A stretch of 64,000 nucleotides of DNA, taken from Escherichia phage vB_EcoM_WFL6982. The position numbers were made by a program, and so were the translations under genes. Under the pieces are notes generated by a model. That model saw nothing but the letters and a program-made list of their open reading frames with translations, ran no database searches and had not been told where the DNA came from. How positions within the stretch are numbered: the stretch's first letter is position 1; every line of letters starts with the position of its first letter. This document shows, in pieces, positions 20,721 through 29,621 of the stretch. Where the stretch lies: the sequence record MK373774.1; one strand, 5' to 3'.

Positions 20721-22213
20721 TATAAACCTGTCTGGGACCACGGTCCAAATACGTCTTCAAACGAATCCGCTTCTGTTTTATCAAAACGGAACCCTTTAAT
20801 AATTGGGAGGAAAATACCTACAGTGCCTTCACGTCCTTTAGAATGAACCCAACCATTGCATTCACAATCAGCAATACGTCCAATCAATTTACCTTCACGA
20901 GCTTCGGTCATTAATCGTTCACGGTCCAAATCATGTCGCTCATCTAAAGGAATAAGAACCTTTACACCATCAACTGTTTTATGAGTTGTATCTTTAAACC
21001 CTGAACCACAATCGGTTGTAATACGACGACAACGTGATACGAGTTCGACACCACCTAATTTGTTAGGGTCTTTAGAGTGTTCATAGTATCCTACAACTTC
21101 TAAAGCGATATCAATAACTTCTTTAAATTTAATTAGGTTCTTAGAACGTTTGTTTTCCCAATATGAATCACGGTTTTTAAGGATAATACCTTCAAGACCT
21201 TGGTCAACATATTTTTTATAAACCACTTTAGCTTCGTCAAGATTACGAACTAACTGATTTTCAATTGGCTCAATTCGTTTAAAGCCTTCAGCCATATTTT
21301 CAAGAGCAGCAAAACGAACATCGTATTTCTGACCTTTAATTTTGCCATCAGAATAGACTTCATCTAAAGGAACATAGTCCCAGGCTTGAAGAACCATACC
21401 TTCAGCTTCTTTAGGAGAAATAGTCCCTTGAAGAGATTTATTTGCTAAACCGTTTGAAGTGCTACGGTCCGCAACTTGTACTTCTTCGGATTCTTCATTA
21501 TCACCAAATAAGAACGACAGGTCATTTCCTGAGCTCACAGCCTTTTTAATATCAAATGAATGGTAAACTAATTCACCGTCGATTAAAACCCCATTAGGGT
21601 GTCTTTCACGAGCTTCTTTAGTCATTTCCATTAGTTCATCCGCTAATAGAGTAAGACCATGATATTCGTTGCCGGCACGAGAAAAGAATTGAACACCATC
21701 ATCGCGAACTTCAGCGAAACAACGAGCACCATCTGCTTTTAATTGGGCAAATGCGGGCCATTTAATATTTTTAGTAATCAATTTCTCGTCATATGCAGAT
21801 GCTAACATCTGTGGTTGCAATTGAATAAGTCCAGGCCACACCTTATTCGCGATAGACACTGAAGCACCTACTTCAAGATCGCGCATCATTACACGACGAA
21901 GGACTTCTACATCATCAGGTTTACCATCAGCGATATAACCCATGAGCTCTTTAATTGCAGCATTACCAGTGAGTTTACGAGTGGCTAATGTGAACTCAAT
22001 AAAATCCAACATGTCATCTAATTCAAGAAGACCATACGCTTGAGACCTTTCACCTGGTCCTGGCCATTTCTTAATATAATACTGGATACCACGTGCATAT
22101 GTTAAACGATACACACGTTCAAGTAATTTGTTGTCCTTATTTTTCTTAAGGATTTCCTGTTTTGTTTTAGTAGAACCAATCGCAGCTATTTGGTTTAAAA
22201 TATCTAAAATCAT
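20720..22213 (-). CDS. 30: ATP-dependent DNA ligase gp30
   Basis: 497 aa; ligase motif I KADGAR; recalled similarity to T4 DNA ligase. Confidence 0.92.
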   Translation of the reverse strand: MILDILNQIAAIGSTKTKQEILKKNKDNKLLERVYRLTYARGIQYYIKKWPGPGERSQAYGLLELDDMLDFIEFTLATRKLTGNAAIKELMGYIADGKPDDVEVLRRVMMRDLEVGASVSIANKVWPGLIQLQPQMLASAYDEKLITKNIKWPAFAQLKADGARCFAEVRDDGVQFFSRAGNEYHGLTLLADELMEMTKEARERHPNGVLIDGELVYHSFDIKKAVSSGNDLSFLFGDNEESEEVQVADRSTSNGLANKSLQGTISPKEAEGMVLQAWDYVPLDEVYSDGKIKGQKYDVRFAALENMAEGFKRIEPIENQLVRNLDEAKVVYKKYVDQGLEGIILKNRDSYWENKRSKNLIKFKEVIDIALEVVGYYEHSKDPNKLGGVELVSRCRRITTDCGSGFKDTTHKTVDGVKVLIPLDERHDLDRERLMTEAREGKLIGRIADCECNGWVHSKGREGTVGIFLPIIKGFRFDKTEADSFEDVFGPWSQTGL

Positions 22214-22479
22214 TTGATGTCCTCGATTTTGGTTACGGTTCTATTATAAGCCACTTCATCTAGAAGCGATTTCAGCGTTTTCTGATAAGTTGTAATCCAT
22301 TTACCGAGTCCTTCAACATAGTATTCTGAAATGTAGATGAACCCTTGTTCAACACACTCTTTAAATATTTCTGCGTCTTTTACTGAACGAAACAATGGCC
22401 AGTCTCGAAAGAACATGTTAACGTGACCGTAGTCACGTGTGGTATTTTTGCCATCTGTAATATCATGAACTACAAACAT
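22210..22479 (-). CDS. hypothetical protein (30.1 position)
   Basis: 89-aa ORF, overlapping stops/starts in operon. Confidence 0.5.
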   Translation of the reverse strand: MFVVHDITDGKNTTRDYGHVNMFFRDWPLFRSVKDAEIFKECVEQGFIYISEYYVEGLGKWITTYQKTLKSLLDEVAYNRTVTKIEDIK

Positions 22480-22488
22480 AATTAACCC

Positions 22489-23313
22489 TTAACAATTTAT
22501 AGACCAAGTCCATTTAGACGAATCTAAAGGAAAGTTTTGAATCGTCCACCACGGCTGCATATCAGTTGGTCCTGGGGTTCGCCAGGTATATGGAGTACGT
22601 GTTGTCGAGGGGCCACCAATTTGATTAGGCCATGCACCTGGACTTGTTGCACCAGATTCTTTAAGCAAATCCGCCAATCGTTTTAAAAGGTCTTCACGAT
22701 CTGAATCTGAATTATTCTTAGGCAGAACCAAACGAGATTCAATATCATCCCACGTGTGTACACGTTGTGCAGTACGAGGAATGGCATCACGTTCACCACG
22801 AGCCAACCAATAAATCGGTACATTAAGAATTTCTGCCGCATGGTCACAATGATGAGCTAAATCGTCAACGTAACAAATTACGTTATATTTTGTTTTAGCT
22901 AGTTCGAATAATTGTTCCTTTGAAGAATCATGACCACACATCATTACTTCAGAGAAAGCGCCTGGGAACAAAGCATTCAAATTAAATTGTCTATTCAATC
23001 GAGCATCAATTGAATCACCTAGCGCCGTCACGGCTACAAAATTATAGTCTTCTTTTAGTTTATTGATAACTCGAAGAGCATCAGAATAAGGCGCTAAGTA
23101 ACGAATAAAATCAGAGCTATTATATTTTTCTATTAATTGTTTACCAAGGTTATCGTCGGTGTTGAACAGTTTACCAGGAGAAATAAATTTTTCGTCCTGA
23201 ATCATTTTTAAAATATGTTCTAATGGAAGGTTATATTTTTGGGCAAAATAAGGAAGTCCAGATTGCCAGCTTAAACATACACCATCAATATCAGTCAAAA
23301 TAGTAGGCTTCAT
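22489..23313 (-). CDS. HAD-superfamily hydrolase-like protein (30.2 position)
   Basis: N-terminal DxDGV motif (LTDIDGV) and downstream DD motif typical of HAD phosphatases. Confidence 0.5.
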   Translation of the reverse strand: MKPTILTDIDGVCLSWQSGLPYFAQKYNLPLEHILKMIQDEKFISPGKLFNTDDNLGKQLIEKYNSSDFIRYLAPYSDALRVINKLKEDYNFVAVTALGDSIDARLNRQFNLNALFPGAFSEVMMCGHDSSKEQLFELAKTKYNVICYVDDLAHHCDHAAEILNVPIYWLARGERDAIPRTAQRVHTWDDIESRLVLPKNNSDSDREDLLKRLADLLKESGATSPGAWPNQIGGPSTTRTPYTWRTPGPTDMQPWWTIQNFPLDSSKWTWSINC

Positions 23314-23777
23314 AAAGAGTCTCTTAATAGGTTTAACACGTCAATAAATTCATCTTCAGTTAGTATTGTATCATCTTTTGTTAGGTGGCTGGCCATGCTG
23401 TGCTTCAAAATTTTTCCTTTAGAGGCTTGTAAGGCATCACGAAACCCCTTGTTTTGGATCGCGGCTTCAAAATATGCATTTGTGTATAATTCTTTCCATG
23501 CTTCGGAGTATCTTGAAAATGGAACTCCTAACCAGAAGAGAGTCCCACGGTCCTGAGCTCTTGCGTAAGACCTTCCAGCTTGCTGTGCAGCCAATCCAGA
23601 CAACCAAAATATACGTCTTTGTTGTTCAACATTTTTCACCTTACATCCTTGGAGAAATCCTTCAAGACCTCCGAATTGAATACCATCCATAACAAAAGGC
23701 CATTGAGCAAAGTTACTTAATGCACATGACGGCCATTTGAAATTACTTCTTATTTCTAATTCAGACATCTTTAACAC
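23310..23777 (-). CDS. NADAR / YbiA-like (DUF1768) domain protein
   Basis: Motif pattern LSNF..PF..DG..F...E..Q..K resembles the NADAR family. Confidence 0.45.
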   Translation of the reverse strand: MLKMSELEIRSNFKWPSCALSNFAQWPFVMDGIQFGGLEGFLQGCKVKNVEQQRRIFWLSGLAAQQAGRSYARAQDRGTLFWLGVPFSRYSEAWKELYTNAYFEAAIQNKGFRDALQASKGKILKHSMASHLTKDDTILTEDEFIDVLNLLRDSL

Positions 23778-23979
23778 TTATAATTTCAACATCAGCCCAA
23801 TGTCCGTATCCAGGTATACGGTCTTCGATAGATAAATTTCTGTCATTTTTAGGCATTTTAATTGACGTAACGTATGGTTCTAAACGGTTTTCCGCGTAAT
23901 ATGGAAAAACGTCGGTTACACGATAAGTAACTTCAATCATTTCCGTACCAAACAATTTCTGGATTAATTTATTCAACAT
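23761..23979 (-). CDS. hypothetical protein
   Basis: 72-aa ORF in the 30.x early cluster. Confidence 0.4.
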   Translation of the reverse strand: MLNKLIQKLFGTEMIEVTYRVTDVFPYYAENRLEPYVTSIKMPKNDRNLSIEDRIPGYGHWADVEIISVKDV

Positions 23980-24166
23980 GTTTCAACCCTTTAATAGGAG
24001 ATAACTCTTTACCCATACGTATGTCAGAAGTCCCATCAACCCATTGAACAGCATACGCTTCATTGATAATTCCAGCGGCAGTTTTAAATTCGTTGAGAAC
24101 TTTAAAAATCATCCCAGGGATTCCAACACCTTTTAATTGGACTGTTTGTGCTATTAAAAATTTCAT
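23969..24166 (-). CDS. hypothetical protein
   Basis: 65-aa ORF with early-promoter-like element upstream (about 24190-24221). Confidence 0.4.
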   Translation of the reverse strand: MKFLIAQTVQLKGVGIPGMIFKVLNEFKTAAGIINEAYAVQWVDGTSDIRMGKELSPIKGLKHVE

Positions 24167-24220
24167 ATTTTTCCACTTACTAAAGAAATCATTATACTCT
24201 AATCCGTCCTTGGATGTACA

Positions 24221-24835
24221 CTACTTAATGAAATTAATTTCTACCGGATGAACAACAGGTTGAGCAGTGATATATTGAGTAATTGCTTTCATGACTAGAG
24301 CTTCAGAACCAGGATTTTTCTCAACGAATTCACGTGCTAGGTTATGAGCTTCGAGTTCACTCAATAAACCGGAACGCTGGCATCCACGGTCTTGAGTACC
24401 CTGTTCAGATAAAAGGACTACTACATATTTTTCATCGTCGTAGGGCTTAGCCAGTTGAGCAAATGTTCCTTTACTTCCAAAAGGAGAGTTATGTCGCCAC
24501 ATCACGCCGTGAGGAGTTTCAACCTTCGTATATTCGTGCGGTCCATTTTTCTTAGTTTCTTGATGTGGAACTTCATAGACTTTAGGGTTAGGACATTCAA
24601 TAAAATGCTCATCTAAATCGGTCGAGAATATTAAAGTAAAACAATTACTGAATTTACCAACACCGGCCTGATAAATTTTACCTTCAGAAGTTCTAATTTC
24701 ACAAACTGAGCCGGCATCAGTAACTTCTAAAACTTCAAAAGGCTCAATAAGGTCATATGAGAACATGTTTTTAAGGCGTGGAGTAATATCCCCATTTTTA
24801 AAATTCATTTTATAAAAAGTATTAACTTTAAACAT
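24221..24835 (-). CDS. hypothetical protein
   Basis: ATG at 24835 with RBS GAGG; the track ORF start is a TTG further upstream. Confidence 0.5.
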   Translation of the reverse strand: MFKVNTFYKMNFKNGDITPRLKNMFSYDLIEPFEVLEVTDAGSVCEIRTSEGKIYQAGVGKFSNCFTLIFSTDLDEHFIECPNPKVYEVPHQETKKNGPHEYTKVETPHGVMWRHNSPFGSKGTFAQLAKPYDDEKYVVVLLSEQGTQDRGCQRSGLLSELEAHNLAREFVEKNPGSEALVMKAITQYITAQPVVHPVEINFIK

Positions 24836-24870
24836 AATTTCCTCAGTGGGAGCCGAAGCTCCCAATTAAT

Positions 24871-25236
24871 TTAGATATCAAATTCGTTAAGAACTACATC
24901 AAAGATTGCTTCGAGATGTTCAGGTTTAGCTCGGTTACTCAGGATATGACGAATCCAAGTTTTAACCAGAAGTTTACGATTAACACCATTCCAGCAAGGA
25001 TGAGTACCTAAATCACGCTGACGGAAATCATCATCTAATGCAATTTTAAAATTTGAACCTTCCATCGTGATTGAAACCGTGATACCATTTTCAAATCGCA
25101 TATAAACGTAATTAGGAGTCATGCACTGTTCGATTTCACAAACTGTACCGTTTTCGTGTTTCCATAAGCAAATAACTTCAGAAGAACCAGCAATACCGTT
25201 AGAAACATATTTACGTTCGAAGTTGGTGTAGTTCAT
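24871..25236 (-). CDS. hypothetical protein
   Basis: Internal ATG at 25236 with RBS GGAGA and early promoter at 25276-25308. Confidence 0.45.
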   Translation of the reverse strand: MNYTNFERKYVSNGIAGSSEVICLWKHENGTVCEIEQCMTPNYVYMRFENGITVSITMEGSNFKIALDDDFRQRDLGTHPCWNGVNRKLLVKTWIRHILSNRAKPEHLEAIFDVVLNEFDI

Positions 25237-25275
25237 TTTATTCTCCAGATGTTTAAGTTGTTTGTTGGTACAGGT

Positions 25276-25308
25276 CTCTATAATAACATAACCTGTACCA
25301 AAGTAAAC
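25276..25308 (-). promoter_or_regulatory. early promoter with flanking inverted repeat
   Basis: gtaaac at 25303-25308; ggtacaggt / acctgtacc inverted repeat flanks the -10. Confidence 0.45.
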
Positions 25309-25312
25309 TGTT

Positions 25313-25681
25313 TTATGCAACTTTAATCCAATTGTCTAAATTTAAAACACCTTTGGCTTTCATTTTTTCTATCAGGTTATCTGCTGTAATGCGTCCATTT
25401 TGATACCATGTAACATCTTCAGAGTAACCAGTTTCTTCGTCAACATATGTTTCTGAACGAATTTTACCGGTAATAATAGTTTTTAATTCGTATGTGTCAC
25501 CTGTGAAAAAGTTTGCTAACACAATTTTCCAAGAGAAATCATCAGAAGGACCTTCAGGGGTCATACAACCTACGAACTCAAATTGCTCTTTGTATAACAT
25601 CCACTGGAATTCTTTAATTTCGATAGCTTTATAACCATCGTGGTCTTTACATTTGATGTATGAGTTCAGATTGATTTTCAT
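25313..25681 (-). CDS. hypothetical protein
   Basis: 122-aa ORF, RBS GGAGA, early promoter at 25720-25752. Confidence 0.5.
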   Translation of the reverse strand: MKINLNSYIKCKDHDGYKAIEIKEFQWMLYKEQFEFVGCMTPEGPSDDFSWKIVLANFFTGDTYELKTIITGKIRSETYVDEETGYSEDVTWYQNGRITADNLIEKMKAKGVLNLDNWIKVA

Positions 25682-25719
25682 TTTGTTCTCCAGGTTGTTT
25701 TATTGATTAGATGGTACAA

Positions 25720-25752
25720 GTCTATAGTAACACATCCTACAGGAGAGTAAAC
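25720..25752 (-). promoter_or_regulatory. early promoter
   Basis: gtaaac at 25747-25752. Confidence 0.45.
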
Positions 25753-25788
25753 ATCTTTTTAAACTTTTTCTGCCCTAAACGCACAAAA

Positions 25789-25806
25789 GGGAGACCGAAG
25801 TCTCCC
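25789..25806 (-). terminator. hairpin GGGAGAC-UUCG-GUCUCCC plus U-run, downstream of the small basic-protein gene
   Basis: Perfect stem-loop, TTTT follows on the minus strand. Confidence 0.6.
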
Positions 25807-25811
25807 TAAAA

Positions 25812-25991
25812 TTATGCAACAACCTTTCCAAAACGAGAAGCATCATCTCGAAGAACTGCACGTGCTCTGCGCATGATCTTCTCAACTGTTTGATTAATAC
25901 GAGAGTTCGACCCACGCTTGTATCCAGCGCGTTTAGAGGTACCATCAACTTTCTTTTCAACTGCTTTCTTTGCTTTAGCTTGTTTTGCCAT
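25812..25991 (-). CDS. unlisted small highly basic protein (59 aa), probable nucleic-acid-binding
   Basis: ATG 25991 to TAA 25812, translating MAKQAKAKKAVEKKVDGTSKRAGYKRGSNSRINQTVEKIMRRARAVLRDDASRFGKVVA; hairpin plus T-run terminator immediately downstream. Confidence 0.4.
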   Translation of the reverse strand: MAKQAKAKKAVEKKVDGTSKRAGYKRGSNSRINQTVEKIMRRARAVLRDDASRFGKVVA

Positions 25992-26286
25992 TATAAATTC
26001 TCTTTAAATGAAAATGCAGGACTTATTGACATTGCCTGCGCAAGCCCTCAAGGGGAACATAGGTTTTGGATATTTAACGACAGGATAACCATAAACCCGT
26101 CATCATACCAACCACGACTTAGACAGATAACCTTTTTCTGACGCGTGATAGTACAAAATACATTCAAGAGGTACACCGTAAAACTGCCGGGGCCTTAAAA
26201 CTATAATGATTCGCAAATCATTAATCAGACAGTTCGACGGCTCCTCGATTTTCTAGCCGCACTTAAGGTAGCGAATCACCTAAAAC

Positions 26287-26535
26287 TTATTTAAGGGTAA
26301 TAACAAAATGACGTACTGCTTTACGAGCTGCAGAAGCCAAAGGCTTAGCATATTTCAGTTCATCTTTTGCTTCCAGTTCAGAGGCCAAAGCTGCCTGTAC
26401 CGGGTTCAGATGTTTGAAATAATGCAGGATTTCCAGTGCTTCGGCTTCAACATCAATCGACGCGCCGTAGTTTTCGTGACCGTTATTCCATGCGTTTCGT
26501 TGCAGTTCAAGAGCGTGTTGTAATTGTTTAATCAT
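26287..26535 (-). CDS. rIII: rIII-like lysis-inhibition accessory protein
   Basis: 82 aa (T4 rIII 82 aa), adjacent to gene 31 as in T4. Confidence 0.5.
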   Translation of the reverse strand: MIKQLQHALELQRNAWNNGHENYGASIDVEAEALEILHYFKHLNPVQAALASELEAKDELKYAKPLASAARKAVRHFVITLK

Positions 26536-26659
26536 TTTAAATTCTCAATTCGAGATAATATTTAGTAGCCACGTTCGTCTGAATTTCACCTTCTTTCGAC
26601 AAGTCTCTCAGTTGTAGGCTACCGCTTAGAAGAGTGTTCTCTTCATATAGTTATTTATA

Positions 26660-26992
26660 TCACTTATAAAGACACGGAATAGCTTTATAGTGGCATGTTA
26701 CGAATTTCTGTTTAATTTCTTTAGGTTGTTTAAGTCCCAAAGCCACAAATGGATGTGGAACATTTCGAATTTGTCCAACTGGTAGTGGAGTCAAATCACC
26801 GACTTCAACAAAACCTTCAGGAACATCAGGACCTACAGAATGAACTACACATAGTTCAGGAACTTCACCTTGAACACGTTTACCAATCACAAGTCCTGAT
26901 TCGGTAACTTCTTCATCACCTGCTTGAGCGGGTTCAGAAACCAGAATGACATATTCACCAACAGCACGAATTGGGAGTTGTACTTCAGACAT
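26660..26992 (-). CDS. 31: co-chaperonin gp31 (GroES-like)
   Basis: 110 aa; near-identical to recalled T4 gp31 ([28 protein letters not shown]...). Confidence 0.92.
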   Translation of the reverse strand: MSEVQLPIRAVGEYVILVSEPAQAGDEEVTESGLVIGKRVQGEVPELCVVHSVGPDVPEGFVEVGDLTPLPVGQIRNVPHPFVALGLKQPKEIKQKFVTCHYKAIPCLYK

Positions 26993-27049
26993 CTTATTTC
27001 CTTGTTGTTTGACGATAGATTAATAATACCATACTATTCGTAAAGCATA

Positions 27050-27358
27050 TTACATAAGAAGCAAACGTTCTACCGGAGTACCATCAACCGAAATTACTTT
27101 ATCAAGGCGGAAAGAACGCCACTGACCTAACTTGGTATCGAATGCTCGAACTGATTCACGAGGTTCAGAACGAACTTCTGATGCCGGATTGTTATTTTCA
27201 TATTTGACTTCAAGTTCATCGCGAGAAGCAAACATAGTGCGTACCTCACCGTTAGCCTTTTCAAATACAACACAATGAACGCCTACAGACAGAATAGTTT
27301 TAATACGTTCACGAAGAACCATAGTTTCTTGTTCAGTTAAAATCATATTATTCACCAC
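27050..27358 (-). CDS. hypothetical protein (31.1 position)
   Basis: 102-aa ORF, synteny. Confidence 0.5.
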   Translation of the reverse strand: MVNNMILTEQETMVLRERIKTILSVGVHCVVFEKANGEVRTMFASRDELEVKYENNNPASEVRSEPRESVRAFDTKLGQWRSFRLDKVISVDGTPVERLLLM

Positions 27359-27929
27359 AAAAGTTTCGGATTTGTTCCCAATTCAGAGAACGAAGATTAT
27401 TACGAGAGTACTGAATTACTTCAATACCGGCTTGTTTTAGAATGTCTGCCCAATTTTCAGGAGATCGGTCGTATAATTCTGCATATACAACCTTTTTAAT
27501 ACCTGACTGTGTAATAGCTTTAGTGCAATCAGGACACGGAGAAAGCGTCGTATATAACGTAGCACCTTCAATAGAATTACCTTTACGAGCTGCAAATAAA
27601 ATTGCATTCAGTTCAGCATGGATTTCATTATTAGCAGACCATGCACTATGAGCGGCCCGATGTTCTTTAGCCAAAACAAAATTATCCACCCGTCCAAATG
27701 CTGTAGTGCCTTCTTTATGCCCAGCAACGATGACCGGGCTTGGTTTATTCTTCAACCAACCGTTTTCGGATGCATGTTCGCAACAGTTTGTACCACCTGA
27801 AGGAGAGCCATTATAACCTGTAGAAATAATGCGTCCATCTTTTTCAATGACGGCGCCAACTTTCCATGAACAACATTTTGATTCTTGAGAAATCAGATAT
27901 GCAATCTGAAGGTATGTGCTAGCTTTCAT
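27348..27929 (-). CDS. cd: dCMP deaminase
   Basis: 193 aa; zinc deaminase motifs HAELNAI and SPCPDC. Confidence 0.9.
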   Translation of the reverse strand: MKASTYLQIAYLISQESKCCSWKVGAVIEKDGRIISTGYNGSPSGGTNCCEHASENGWLKNKPSPVIVAGHKEGTTAFGRVDNFVLAKEHRAAHSAWSANNEIHAELNAILFAARKGNSIEGATLYTTLSPCPDCTKAITQSGIKKVVYAELYDRSPENWADILKQAGIEVIQYSRNNLRSLNWEQIRNFCGE

Positions 27930-28921
27930 TATTGAACCTTATTAATATAAGTTAACAGCTCTTTAGTTTGTTCCCAACTGATGCACGCATCGGTAACGGA
28001 AACGCCATAGGACATATTATCAGAAATTTTTTGATTTCCTTCATGTAGGAACGATTCTATCATAATTCCTTTGACCAAATCATTAGCTGCTAAATTTTTA
28101 CCAATACCAATTTGATTGCTATAATGCCCATCAGCGTTTGCATGGCTACAGTCAACCATTACATAATGATTCAGACCTACTGCCCTTGCTTTGTTAGAAG
28201 CTTCTTGAATATCAGAAGAATGATAGTTCGGGCCGTTGGTCCCGCCACGCAATACGATATGCGTATTCTGATTACCTTCAGCTTCAACAATGCCTACAGT
28301 ACCATCGACGTCCATACCCATATACCGATGAGGCCAGGCGGCACTATACATCGCGTCTATAGCTACTTTAATAGAACCATTGGTTGCGTTCTTGAAGCCT
28401 ACGCACATCGGTAGACCTGAAGCAATTTCACGATGTGTCTGACTTTCAGTCGTACGGGCGCCAATAGCAACCCATGAGAAAATACCAGAAAGATACTTAA
28501 TCGTGAATGGGTCTAATACTTCAGTTGCTAATGGAAGTCCCATACGTAGAAGTTTACGACACAATGTTCGTGCAACTATAAGACCGTGGTTCATATCAAA
28601 ACTTCCGTCAAGATATGGATCATTTACAAGACCTTTCCAACCTACGGTAGTTCGAGGCTTTTCAAAATAAACGCGCATCACTAACAGAACATTAGGAAGA
28701 CGAGTTTGAAGTTCAGCCAGACGTTTGCCGTATTCAACAGCAGCAATAGGGTCATGAATTGAACAAGGACCTACAACGATAAGTTTGCGTGGGTCTTCAC
28801 CATTCATAATCGAATTAACTTGTTCGCGATGAGAAGCCACTTGTGATGCGTAAGCTTCCGACAAAGGAATAATCTCAGCCAGTTCTTTTGGAGAAATAAG
28901 TTTTCCGACGACAGGTAACAT
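27929..28921 (-). CDS. 3-deoxy-D-arabino-heptulosonate-7-phosphate (DAHP) synthase, AroG/AroF/AroH class
   Basis: 330 aa; long collinear matches to E. coli AroG (GPCSIHD, VMRVYFEKPRTTVGWKGL, GARTTESQ.HRE.ASGL, KVAIDA, IVLRGG, MIESFL.EGNQ); RBS; TAATG-coupled to cd. Confidence 0.85.
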   Translation of the reverse strand: MLPVVGKLISPKELAEIIPLSEAYASQVASHREQVNSIMNGEDPRKLIVVGPCSIHDPIAAVEYGKRLAELQTRLPNVLLVMRVYFEKPRTTVGWKGLVNDPYLDGSFDMNHGLIVARTLCRKLLRMGLPLATEVLDPFTIKYLSGIFSWVAIGARTTESQTHREIASGLPMCVGFKNATNGSIKVAIDAMYSAAWPHRYMGMDVDGTVGIVEAEGNQNTHIVLRGGTNGPNYHSSDIQEASNKARAVGLNHYVMVDCSHANADGHYSNQIGIGKNLAANDLVKGIMIESFLHEGNQKISDNMSYGVSVTDACISWEQTKELLTYINKVQ

Positions 28922-28929
28922 AACAATCC

Positions 28930-29055
28930 TTAGGAGATATAAACAGATTCTGATTCAACAATACCTTTAACCGGATTAGACAGGCTAAGTTGGTAGTGCT
29001 CAGATTTATGACCATTCTCGATAGTAATGAGATAGCTCTCATTATAGTGTTCCAT
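28930..29055 (-). CDS. hypothetical small protein (cd.x)
   Basis: Internal ATG at 29055; overlaps upstream gene by 14 nt; weak RBS. Confidence 0.3.
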   Translation of the reverse strand: MEHYNESYLITIENGHKSEHYQLSLSNPVKGIVESESVYIS

Positions 29056-29278
29056 ATACTCGAGTTGCTTCAACAAGACCATCACTGCATAATTTAAGAT
29101 TAGTAATTTGGTCACCATCTTTAGGATTAACGATTATGAGAAAAGAACGTGGAGATTCTTGAATAACTCGTAATGTTGCATCTTGGAAACGTTCAGACAC
29201 TTTATTGATGAGTGCTTGAGCAAATTCTTTTACTTTAATCTGAAATTCGTGTACTGTAATTGGGTTTTCACTTAGCAT
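29042..29278 (-). CDS. hypothetical protein (cd.x)
   Basis: 78-aa ORF with RBS GAGGAAA and early promoter at 29303-29336. Confidence 0.5.
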   Translation of the reverse strand: MLSENPITVHEFQIKVKEFAQALINKVSERFQDATLRVIQESPRSFLIIVNPKDGDQITNLKLCSDGLVEATRVYGTL

Positions 29279-29302
29279 TTCTATTTCCTCATTTGTTGGT
29301 AG

Positions 29303-29336
29303 AGTTATAGTATCACAACTCCACCATGTTGTAAAC
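29303..29336 (-). promoter_or_regulatory. early promoter
   Basis: gtaaac at 29331-29336. Confidence 0.45.
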
Positions 29337-29338
29337 CA

Positions 29339-29614
29339 TTAAATTGCTTTGCATTCAATTTTTTGTGTACCGAAATTGATATCACATTGGATAACTAAAT
29401 CGCCGTCAAGATCAAATACCACGATGACGTGTGCAGACCCAGGGAGAAGAGTAATAGCAATAGAATCTACTTGGTCTGGGAGCAAAGCATTGAGTACATG
29501 AGTTACTTGAGCATGAACTCTGAGTTCGGCTGCATTATCAAGCACTTCAAACATATTATTAGCAATAATCTGACTGAAGACTACCTTTACAATTTCAGAA
29601 TAAGTTGGGAACAT
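29339..29614 (-). CDS. hypothetical protein (cd.x)
   Basis: 91-aa ORF in an operon of small early genes. Confidence 0.45.
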   Translation of the reverse strand: MFPTYSEIVKVVFSQIIANNMFEVLDNAAELRVHAQVTHVLNALLPDQVDSIAITLLPGSAHVIVVFDLDGDLVIQCDINFGTQKIECKAI

Positions 29615-29621
29615 AATTACC

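Noticed and set aside
26000-26286. Possible tRNA in the long non-coding region downstream of rIII
   Set aside because: A GTTCGA-like segment is present but no acceptor stem, anticodon arm or T-arm could be assembled; kept as a structured regulatory/RNA candidate instead.
27020-27047. Early promoter upstream of gene 31 (CTTTAC variant)
   Set aside because: No acceptable -10 hexamer at 17-18 nt spacing; a promoter is likely present but could not be placed.
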